Assembly: GCA_963977015.1 (NCBI GenBank)
Contig: CAXBMO010000012.1
Location: 64,001-128,000 of the forward strand
Origin: an uncultured bacterium
GTDB lineage: Bacteria; Verrucomicrobiota; Verrucomicrobiia; Verrucomicrobiales; DEV007
Direction: 5' to 3'
Length of the DNA: 64,000 nucleotides
Shown: piece after piece, positions 20,201 through 32,200 of the stretch
Position numbering within the stretch: the stretch's first letter is position 1
Layout of the letters: each line of letters begins with the position of its first letter
Made by a program: the position numbers and the translations under genes
Notes under the pieces: generated by a model
Seen by the model: the letters and a program-made list of their open reading frames with translations, nothing else
The model's database searches: none
What the model was told of the DNA's origin: nothing

Positions 20201-23200
20201 GATTTTGATGGAAGCGGAACCGCCGGTGCGACCTATCGCTATACGGGAACCACGGATGATCTGGATCTCGGCTCGGAGGATTACGACACGGCGAACTGGA
20301 TCGGAATTTCCGGGACCAACAGCAGCGTTTACGAGTATCTGGGGCAGGACGCGAGCCTGGATTTGAACGGGCAGCGCTACACGAACCTGGATACCTGGAA
20401 GGAAGTGGTTGGCACGAACCTGATCCCACAGGGATTCAGCCTGACCGAGTCCAATTCCTACGCGATCGGCGGCCTGGTGGTGCTCAATGAGTTGACCGCG
20501 GAAGTTGAGGCTTACGTTTCCAAGGCCAGCGCCGACGCCGGAGGCGATTTCTCGATCACCGCGACGGAAAACGCGACGATTCGCGCCACGGCCGACAGTT
20601 CGGCTTCGGTGACCGGAGGAAGTGCGTTTGGTGGCGGAACGGCGATGGCGGTGAACGGGACGATCGCGACGAACCTCGTCCTCAGTTCATCGAACGCCTA
20701 TATTTCCGAGGGGGAGGTGACGAGCGGAGGCGATCTAAGTATCAGTGCGAGCAATACGTCTGTCATTAACGCCATTACCAAACAATCGACTTCGACCGGC
20801 GCGGATGGAACGGGGATTTTGCTGGCGTTCAACACGATCGGCTGGGAAGCGCAGGACGTTTTCACGCGAACGCTCGACGCGCTCCTCCGAACCAGCATCG
20901 GCACGGAGGACGCGGCCGTTACATCGGCCTACATCGAAAAATCCGATGTCGATGCGACGGGCGATCTTTCCGTCACCGCGACTTCCGAGGCGCAGCTGAC
21001 CGCCAAAGTAAGCAACGATTCCACTGCCGCAGCGGGAGCGCTGTTCGGGGCGGATGCCTCGACGGTCACCGGAGTGTTGGCGAGCAACATGGTTAATACC
21101 GAGGCAAGTGCCACGATCGACAACGACGCGGCCAACCCTGCTTTCGAGATCGGCGCGGGAGGGGGAATCACGGTCAGCGCGAGCGACGACGCAGAGATTC
21201 TGGCCAACACCGGGCTCAAGGCCACCGCATCGGCGACGAACCTGGGAGGAACCGGCATTTTGAACGACCTCGCGTCGCAGTTGATGGGCGACTATGACTA
21301 CACCTCCAACTCCGGCTCTCAAAACGTGGAGTTCGGCGATTTGGTACGTTTGGCAGGAGGCGAGGGGGGCACGACCGATTACGCAGGAGGTGGCGAAGCC
21401 GGCGCGATTTATGAGTTCATGGGAACGGCGGCTCTCGGAACGGCGCTGAATCTGGGAACGACCGATTACACCAACAAGCGGCTCTGGAAGAAGTTGAACA
21501 CGGACAACGTCATTCCGAAAGATATTGCCCAAACGGCGCTGAGAGCGGCGGGATTGGGAATCGGCGAAGCCGATGCCTTGAGCGGCTTGATCTCGCGCAA
21601 CGACGTAAGAAGCGCCGTCACCGCCACGATTCAAAACGCGACCGTGAACGCGGCCGATGGCGATATCCAGGTTCTGGCCACGGAAGAAGCCTCCATCGAC
21701 GCAACGGATACCAGCGTGATCCAGGCAAAAACCGGAAAGGGTGGCGTGATTGTGACCAACCTGGTTCTGAGCAGCGCCAACGCTTCAATCGTAGACTCCA
21801 CGATCAACAACACCAGCACCGCCGGAGACGTCATCGTCCAAGCGGAGAATAGCGCCCGAATTGACGCCACCGCGACCAGCCAGGTTTCCGGCGCCAAAGA
21901 AACTGTGGGTTTTGTGGTCTCAATGAACACGGTGGGCTGGGAAGCCCAGGATTTGTTGACCGGCACCTTCGACACTCTCATCGGCAGCCCCGCAACTGCG
22001 ACGTTGTTTGGGTTGGAAACGCCGGTCGAAGCTCGCGCGTTCGTGACCGATTCCACGGTGACGGCGACAGGTGATCTTTCAGTCACGGCGACGAACGAAG
22101 CCCAGCTCAACGCCACCACGGGCAACGAGTCCAGCACCTCCACCACGAACTCCTTCGCCATCGACGCAAAATTTGGCAAAAAGGGCATGGCTGCTGGCGG
22201 GATTTTGGCCAGCAACAAGGTTAGTAGTGGAGCCTACGCCTACATCAGCGAGACGCTTTCGGGAACGACCGTGATCAACGTGAACGGCGACGTGACGGTG
22301 AGTTCGCAGGATTTGGCCGGAGTCGATTCCAACAGTGAAGTATCGGTTCAATCAGTCACCACGAACAACCTGGACGCTCTCAGGGATGCGGCTGGAATCC
22401 TGGGGCTGGATGATTATCAATACACCACCGGTTCCGGAACCCAGACGGTCAGCGATGGACTCCGTGTCTTTGTCGAAGACGGATACGGCGGCGTTTCCGA
22501 CGGAGAAGGAGTTTACGTTTACGTCGGAGACGATGTGGAATTGGATCTCTCCACCGCCGATTACGATGAGGCCTCAGGCTGGTCGAAAATGGAGCAGGCC
22601 GATTTCGAAGATCTCTTGTTCCCGAATCTCGGTAACCTGACTGACTCTGATTCCCGCGCCTATGGCGGCATGGTCGTTTACAACGAAGTTCGTAGCGATG
22701 TCGATGCCTACATCGCGGATGCGACGGTCACCACGCAGAATGGTGACGTTAGCGTTACGGCCACGGAAAATGCGCAACTCCGGGCGTTCGCAGAAACCAA
22801 CATCCAATCTTCTGGCGGCAGTTTCATCGGAAGCGGCGATTCGATCGCGCGCAATATCCAGATTGTGACGAACGCGATGCTCAGCTCTGCGGATGCGCAC
22901 ATTTCCGACAGCGTGATCACCACTGCTGTTAGTGGTGATGTGATCGTGGATGCCAGCAATATTTCCGGTATCGACGCCACGATTCTCAGTTCCACCACCA
23001 CCGGTGACGAAACGGAAAGCCTGACCGTGGGATTCAACACGATGGGTTACCTTCCCTTGGGAATTCTCTTCAATACGGTCGAGGCATTGATCGGCGACCC
23101 GGTTGTTTCCGATGCGTTTGCCCAGACTCCGGCCGAAGTGAAAGCGTCGATTACTGATTCCGACGTCAACGCGGCGGACGACGTCACGGTTACGGCCGAA

Positions 23201-26200
23201 GGCGCCGCGCAGCTCAATGCCACCGTGAGCAACGCCGCGACTTCAGAGGCCTCCGCGCTCTTCAATGCCGAAGGTAAAGGGTATGGCGGAACGCTGGCCT
23301 CCAACAAGGTGAGCACTTCGACCGAGGCCTTTATCGATAATGCGGATGCGCCGGGAGGTTATGCGATTGATGCCGGAAAAAGCGTAACGGTAACGGCGGA
23401 GGATAACGCCGGAATGTTCGCCAACACCAAGATTGTTGTCGCTTCCTCGACGTCCAACGATGGCGGAGCCGCCGTGATTCAGGAAACGATCAATGATGTC
23501 GTTCCCGCAGATTACGAATCCGACCCTGACGACACGCTTACGACGAAGATTCGTTCCCTGGAATTGGGCAAGCGGGTTCGGCTTGCGGACGACTACGGCA
23601 CGGCGGATCTGAGCATGAGCGGCGACCCGGTGGCCGTATCTACGGGTAGCGTCGTTCAATTGCCCGACGACTTTGCCGGGGACGGAAGCCCGGGAGCAAA
23701 GTATCGCTATGTTGGTTCGGGAGATACCGTGACGCTTACCGATGTGGATTACGACACCGACGCGGATTGGGTGGAAATCAACGGAGATGCGGGAAGCGTC
23801 TACGAATATCTGGGCAACGAGGTGATCGGAGCGAATCAAGATCTCAATGCGCAGCGCTACGAAAACCTGGATATCTGGAAAGAAGTCCCCATCAGTAACT
23901 TGCTGCCACAAGGGAATAATATAACACCATCGAACTCCCGGGCAGTGGGTGGCTTGATCGTCGCCAACCAGGTTCGCGGCGAAGCCAATGCCTACATCAC
24001 GGATGCCACCGTTAGTGCCGCGGATGGCGACATCACCGTTTCGGCGACGGAGAACGCCGAGATGATTGCGAATGTCGATAACACGGCAACGTCATCGGGC
24101 GGCAGCGCGTTTGGCGAAGGCGAATCCCTCGCGATCAACGGAACCATCGCCACGAACGTGGTTTTGAGCAGCGCGACCGCCCACATCACGGACAGCACGG
24201 TAACCGCGTCCGATGCTGACGCCGGTGACGGGGAAGCGCTCGGAAACGTCACCGTCAGTGCGACGCAAAGCTCCACGCTCGATGCGGAAACGATGAGCAT
24301 GCTTTCGACCGGCGACACCGGCTATGGCTTCGTGCTCGCCTTCAACTCGATGGGCTGGAATCCGCAGAATGTGCTTTTCAACACGATCGACGCCCTGCTC
24401 GGTGATCCGCTGATCTCGGATGCGTTCGATGGCCAGACGCCGGCCAAGGCGAAGGCCTACATCACCAACTCCACGATCAACGCGGCGGAAGAAGTCGAGG
24501 TTTCTGCGGTGAACGTCGCGCAGCTCGATGCGGAAGTCGGTAACGAATCGACCTCGGCGGCTTCGGCGCTATTCGACGCCAGCGGCAAGGTCGTGGCCGG
24601 AATGCTGACCAGCAACAAAGTCAGCAGCGGCGCGGAAGCCTACATCGATCACGCATCGACCCGGGTGATCTCGGGAGGTGGTCTGACGGTAACCGCGGAT
24701 GACAACGCTTCGATTGTCAGCACCAATTCCCTGAAGGCGCTGTCCAGCACCAGCAACGACGGCGGTCTCAGCATCGCGGCGGATCTGGCGCTGTCGATTC
24801 TGGGCGATTACAATTACACCTCGAACTCCGGAACGGTCACGTTGCAGACGGGCGACGAGGTTCGGCTCTCCGGTGGCGATGGCGGAACGGCAGACTATGC
24901 CAACGGCGGAAACGCAGGCTCGGTTTATCGCTATACCGGTGACGCGGCTTCGATCAATCTGGGAACCACCAATTACAGCACCGGCCCGTGGACGGAACTG
25001 ATCGACTACGCCGCGATCATGCAGGAGTTCACGGATACCGTCGGCGAGTTTGTGCCCTTGAACGTGACGTCTTCCGATTCGGAAGGTTATGGAGGCTTGG
25101 TCGTAATGAACGATGTGCGCAGTGATGTGGTGAGTTACATCGAAAGCGCGGATGTCGACGTCGCCGGCATGCTCACGGTCGAAGCCCGAGAGCGGTCGAC
25201 CATTGAAGCGACGAACAATAGCACGGTCACTTCTGATGGCGGCAGCATTACTGGCGAAGGTTCCTCAATCGCGGTCAGCGGAATTATCGCCACGAACGTG
25301 GTTTTGAGTTCGGCGGTCGCCCATATCGGAAACGGCGCGGATGTCGTAACTACGGATGGCGGAGACGTTGTGGTGGAAGCGGAGAACACGTCCACGCTGA
25401 ATTCATCGGTCGAGAACATCACCGAATCGAAGGGAACGTCCGTTGGAGTCACCTTGGCGTTCAACACAATCGGGATCGAATCCCAGAACTTCCTGTTTAA
25501 TACAGTCGATACGCTCTTCGGCACGGACATCGCTGAAGAAGATCCGGCAGAGGTCAGAGCCTATATCGACAACGCCAGCGTGGTTGCCGCAGGTGGCATT
25601 CGCATCGACACGTCCGCCGAAACCGACATCGATGCCACGACCGAAAACTCGGCAAGGTCGATTGTCGCCAGCCTGGGCGAAAACACGACGATCAGCATCG
25701 GCGCGGTGGTTAGCCTGAACAAGCTCAGCACGCTGAACCAGGCCTATGTCGATAATTCGGAAACCATCCAGGCGAATGGCGGCGACATCACCTTGAGCGC
25801 CGAGGATATTTCCGCGATCGACTCGACGGTGGAAGCGACGTCCATCGCCGTTGCCGCTGGCGTCGATTCTTCAACCTCGGTCGCGGTAGGCTTGAGCGTG
25901 GCGCGGAACGAAATCCGCAACGACCTGAGCGCGTTCATTGACAACTCGGGCACCGTGGGAACTCCCGTGATTGCCAGCGGCGGGCTTAGCGTAAGTGCGA
26001 ATCAGTCGGCTACGATCGATGCGACCTCGAAGGCGACGGCAGTGGCGGTGGCGGCTAGTCTTTCAGATTCTGCGTTGGGCTTCAGTGCAGGAGGCGCCAC
26101 TGCAGTTAACGTGATTTTGGGTGGTGGCAACGCCTACGTTTCCAATAGTTTTCTGCAGACCGCCGGCGCGGTTGGTCTCAGCGCGATTCATACCTCCTCG

Positions 26201-29200
26201 ATTGATTCCAAGGTCGCGGCGACTGCCGTTTCGGTCGCTCTTGGAAGTGGGAACGCACCCGCGATTGCGATCGGATTCTCCCTGGCGCGAAATTTGATCG
26301 GATGGAGTGATCTCGACACCAGCGATCCTTTGGAAGTCCTCGCCTACCTCGAAAACACGACCCTGACGGCGGGTGGCGGACTGACGGTGACGAGTTCCTC
26401 GACGGCAATGATCACCTCTGAAATTGAAGCAACCTCGGTCGCTGTTGCGGGATCGGCGAAGAGCGCGGCAGCCCTGACTGCAGCGGGATTGGAAACGACG
26501 AACAAGATTTCATCCCTGATCAAAGCCTACATCGATGGAGGCGCCGCAGTGGAAGCTGCAAACATCACGATGTCGGCCACGGATTCCTCCACGATTACGG
26601 CCGATGCTCAGGCTGCAGCCGTCGGCGCCAGCCTGTCCGGCAAGAGCGGCGGCGCGTTGTCGATCGGTGTGTCACTGGCCCGAAATACGATCGAGAACGA
26701 AGTCGAAGCTTATATCAAGGACACGGGCAGTGTGGTTACGAACGGAGGTAACCTGGAGCTGACCGCAAGCGAAAATGCGGACATTGAGGCGACTTCCGTG
26801 GCTGCCGCGATTTCAGTTGGAATCGCCGCGGGTGGCACGGGTTTCGCCCTGAGCGGTGGTGGAGCGGAGTCGACCAACGTTATTCTCTCACGCGCCAACG
26901 CTTATTTGGAAGGCACCGTATTGGGCAGTTCCGGAAACAAGGTGGGCGACGTGACCCTGACCACGAGCAGCAACTCAGCCATCACCGCAACGGTGGCGGC
27001 GGTGGCGGCTTCTGTTACCTTTGGTTCTTCGGCCGGGGTTGGCGCCTCGATTGGAGCATCGGTGGCAAGGAATACGATCGGGTGGCGTTCCAGTTCCATT
27101 GCCGCGACCTACGATAGTCACGAGGACGAGCCAGCCACGTTGACCACGCTCGACACCGTCGAAATCACGGACGGACCGCGTGCCGGTGATGTGTATCGTT
27201 ACCTCGGGCCGACCAAGTCCGGGATCATCGATTTGACGACGGAGGACTATTCGGATGGCGATGTCTGGGAGCGGATCGGTCTCAATAAATCCGCCGCCGA
27301 AATTCGGTCCTACGTCGATGACAGCACGATCTTCTCCGCCGGCGACCTGACTCTGGACGCTGATTCGACCCAAAGCATCGACGCCACGGTTCTGGCTGGT
27401 TCGGCGGCGCTCGCCGCTGGAGGAAGAGCCGGGGTTGCCCTGAGCGGTGCGTTTGTCAGCGCCGACAACAAGATCGCGACGGATGTGAAGGCATTCGTCG
27501 ACGGCGATGGAACGGGCGGAATCGAAGCGGCGAGCGCGACGCTAACGGCGGACGATGCGTCCGGGATTTCCGCGTTTGCCGGAGCCGCTTCGCTGGCCGC
27601 ATCGGTTGGCGGCAATGCCGGGGTTTCGGTCTCGATCGGTCTCTCCATCGCGAACAACGAAGTCGACAACGACGTTGCCGCCTATATCGCGAATGCCGGT
27701 GATGGGTTCACCACGACCGCCGGTGACGTGAGCGTCCAGGCAACCTCACAGGGCAATCATCTCTTCGACCTGGATCTGAGTGGCACGTCGTTTTCCGCCG
27801 CGGATCTGGACGACGCGTCCAAAGCCGACCAGGATGACCCCGAAACGGGCACGGACGAATTCGACGTCGACGCCACCGCCGACACCGCCATCTTGAACGC
27901 GGTCCGCAGCGAGTTCTCGACCGAGGGCGTGACCCTGAACGGCGAACTGAAAATCTCCGCGCTTGCCGAAGGAAACGACACGGGGAACAGCGGCTGGGTT
28001 CTGGTTGACGAAGACGGCGAGTCCTATTTTCTGACCAAGTCCGGCTCGACCCTTTCTGTTTCGCAATCCACGATCAACGCCGTTTCCGCCGCCGCCTCAG
28101 TCGCGGCCGGATTCGGAGGAACAGCCGGGATCGCCTTCAGCGGAGCCGGCGCGGTTGCGACCAACGTGGTCCTGACCAAGACGAATGCCTACCTCGACAG
28201 CAGCAGCGTCGAGAGTTTCGACGACGTCATCATCACCGCGGGCAGCACGTCCACGATTTCATCGACGATTGTGGCGGCGTCCCTCGCGGTCGGCGGAGGC
28301 GGCAGTGCCGGGGTTGGTGCCTCGATCGGCGTCGCCGTGGCGCGCAACTTCATTGGGTATGACGGCGACGGCGACAAGGACGCGGCCCAGGTCCGGGCTT
28401 ACATCGCGGATTCCAGCGTCGATGCCGGTGGAAACCTGACTCAAACCGCGGTGGCGGGTCAATCGATCAGCGCGCTGGTGCTTTCCGGATCGGTCGCGGT
28501 CGGCGCGGGTGGTTCGGCCGGAGTCGGCATCAGCGGATCCGGCGTTTACGCGGAAAACCGGATTGGCGTGGACGTGAAATCGTTCATCGACGGCGACGGA
28601 GCCGAAGGGATCAAGGCGGACATCGTCAGTCTGTCAGCCACGGATTCGTCGACCATTTCGGCCTTTGCCGGCGCGGCGTCACTCGCGGCCTCCTTCGGGG
28701 GTTCGGCCGGAGTGAGCTTTTCGGTTGGTGTTTCGCTCGCGAAGAACACCATCACCAGCGAGATCGAAGCGGGCATTCTCAACGCCGACACCGGTGTCGA
28801 GTCCCGGACTGGCGGCATCACCCTGACGGCGGACGAATCCGCGACCATCAGCGTGGTTTCGGCCGCGGCTTCCCTTGCGGCCGGGTTCGGCGGATCGGTT
28901 GGTCTTGCCGTGAGTGGTGCGGGGGCGGAATCGACCAACTACATCATGTCGAAGACGAATGCCTACCTGACGGACAGCATTCTGGACAGCGCGGGCAACG
29001 TCCTGCTCGACGCGGAAAATTCGGCGACGATCAACTCCTTTGTCCTTGCTGCTTCCTTCTCCGCGTCAGTTGGCGGCACGGCCGGAATCGGCGCGTCGAT
29101 CGGCGTCGCGATCGCCCGAAACCTCATCGGTTGGGATCCGGATTCATCCTCGATCACGCCAACCTACACCACGGATGAAGACACGGCTACGCTGGCGACG

Positions 29201-32200
29201 AACCAGACCGTCAAGATCGCGCGAGGCGCGCGGGCCGGAGACGTTTACAAGTATATTGGGTCGAACATCACGGATGGCGATCCGTCCGAGGACGGAAACC
29301 AGGAAGTCGATCTCAGCCTGCAGAATTACCAGGACACCTCGCTCTGGGAGCAGATCAATTTGAGCAGTGCTCCAATGGAAGTGCTGGCTTACGTTGAGGA
29401 TTCCAGCATCGACGCAGAAGGCGATTTGACCCAGACGGCGACTTCCACCCAAAAAATCGACACCACGGTCTTTGCCGGATCGGCGGCGATTTCCGGTGGC
29501 GGTGTGGCCGGAGTCGGTTTGAGCGGCGCGGGCGCGAGCGCGGAGAACAAGATCGGCGCCAACGTGAAGGCCTACATCAGCGGGGTCGATCCCGCAGGTG
29601 CCGGAGCAAGCGGAATCGAAGCCGACAACGTGACCCTGACCGCGATCGACGGCTCGACGATCGAGGCAACGGTGGGCACGGCTTCGCTGGCGGCGGGGAT
29701 CGGCGGAATCGCTGGAGTTGCGGTTTCGGTCGGTGTTTCACTCGCGCTCAACGAGATCAGCAACGAGGTCGAAGCCTTCATTGAAGATGCGCAGAAAAAC
29801 GCGAACGAAGGGGTGACGGCGCGGGCCGGCGACATCAGCCTTTCCGCGACGGAGAACGCCACGATCGACGCGACGTCGGTGGCGGTTTCTGCGGCGGTGG
29901 GAGCCGGGTTTGTCGGAGTCGGCTTCAGCGCGGCGGGAGCGGACGCGATCAACGTCATCAACACGAAGACGAACAGCTACGCAGAGGACAGTCACCTGAT
30001 TGCCTTCCGGGATGTGATTTTGGATGCCGAGAACACGGCATCGATTGACGCAACGGTTCGTGGTGTTTCCGCGGCAGTGGGTGGGGGAGCCGTGGGGGTT
30101 GGCGTCGCCATTGGAACCGCCTTGGCGGAAAACTATCTGGGTTGGGGTGACGACGGTGACGATCCTTTGGCCGAGATTCAAAGTTTCATACATGATTCCA
30201 GCGTCTATGCCGGAAGGGACCTCACCTTGTCCGCCGACGCGGAAGCCACCATTAATGCTGAGGTCAATGTCGATTCCGTGGCCCTTGGAGGTGGCCTGGT
30301 GGGAGTGGCTGCGGCGGGAGCCGGTGCCGACGTCGATAACAAACTGTCGGCGGCCGTTCGTTCCTATATTGAAGGGAACCTGGGGCTCGGGATTTCCGCC
30401 GGAGACGAGATCACGTTAAGCGCGGTGGATGATTCGACGATCACCTCGTTTGCCCAGGCCTCTTCCATTGCCGGTTCCTTTGGAGCCTTTGGTGGATCGG
30501 CATCGATTGGCGTATCCCTGGCGGACAACACGATTCGCAACCAGGTGGAAGCCTACATTGAGGATGCGGAGATTGGCTCCCTGGAGAAAGATGTTGAATT
30601 CTTCGTCGGGGAGTTTGGGCTTTCGACGAGCGAATTCGATACGGTCACGGAAACGCATGGCCTTCTCACCGGGAATTTTGAGCTGGTGACGAGAGATTAT
30701 CTCGCCCTGATCAGCGATGAACTGGACTCGCTGGCGGAAGATTATGGTCTGTCCCAGGACGAGCAGAACCTCTTTGACATTACGGCGAGCAACTATGCCT
30801 TGTTTGGTCTTAGCGAAGAACAGTTTGACGATCTTGAAGCCAGTTTGGCGCTGATCGTCTCAAATCTGGGCCTGACCCAATCGGAGTTTGACGGCATTGT
30901 GGCGGAGTATGATGCCATTGTCGCACAGATCGACTTCCTCTCGGGCGACGTCAGCCTCAATGCAGGTGAAACCGCTACCATCACGTCGCGCTCTCAGGCA
31001 ACGGCGGTCGCGGGAAGCGTCAGTCTTGGCGTGACGTTAGCCGGAGGCGGGGCCAATTCATCGGCCACGGTGCTAACCGGAACCCGGGCCTACATTGATA
31101 ACAGCACCTTGGTGGCAGGTGGCGATTTGGATGTCGTGGCGACGACGGACTCGAGCTCCAGTTCCCGGGTGGAGACCACTTCAGCCAGCTTTGGATTGAT
31201 CGCGGCAGCCGCTTCCGGTTCCGTTGCGAATGCGACGGTCAATCCTGAGACGGAAGCCTACCTGAGTGACAGTGATATTACCGCGGAAGCGATCCAAGTA
31301 GCGGCCAACTCCACTCCGGAAGCCGTGACCAATGCGCGTGGTTTTACGGTGAGCACAGGTGTTTCGGTAGGAGTCTCCAAGGCCACCTCGACGGTCTCAT
31401 CCACCGTCAACAGTTACGTGGGGGGCGCTGGAAACACGATCACGGGGGATAGTCTCAGCATTCTTTCCACCAATTCTCTGCCTTCCTCCGGAACTTCGGC
31501 GAACGCGGAGGCGGTCGGATCAGCCGGTGGTCTACTTCTTGGAGTCGATGCCACGGTTTCCTCGGTGAGCAATTCCAGTCAGGTGCGCTCCTATGTCGTG
31601 AATGGAACCGACCTGGTCATTTCCGGGGCCACAGTCTTGCAGGCAAGCAATCAGACGAAGCAGTACGGCAACGCCAGCAGTGACGCCTATGGACTCATAG
31701 CCGCCGGAATCACCAAGGCAACGGCGACGGCCAATACCACCACGGAGGCTTACCTCGGTTCGGGCGTGGATTTGACGGGTGGAAGTCTTTCGATCGTCGC
31801 GACAAGTACGGACAACAATTACGCCGAAACCACGGCGGGAGCCGGTGGGGTGGTGTCAGGCGCTGCCGCTGAACCCAAGACCGTGAACAACGCCACGGTC
31901 ACCGCTGAGATTCGGGATGGTTCAGCGGGTCGCGAAATTGATCTGACGGGAAGTGGGACCGGTGAACTTGAGATCAGTGCGTCGCATACCGCGACCTTCA
32001 ATTCCCGCGTCAAAACGACTGCCGCCGGGTTCCTATCCGGAGCGGGTGCGGATAGCGATCACGACATCGTTTCCATGGTGACCGCCGCCATCGGCGATGA
32101 CGCTACGGTTACCGCAAAAGGCGTCATGATGGATGCCGTCAACCTGATTGACAAGCCCGCGGTGGCTTCTTCGGGAAGTGCTGGAGACTCGAACCTCTAT

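Noticed and set aside
19560-30150. CRISPR array or DGR template/variable repeats
   Set aside because: The repeats are diverged in-frame protein repeats. No identical spaced DNA repeats, cas genes or reverse transcriptase seen.
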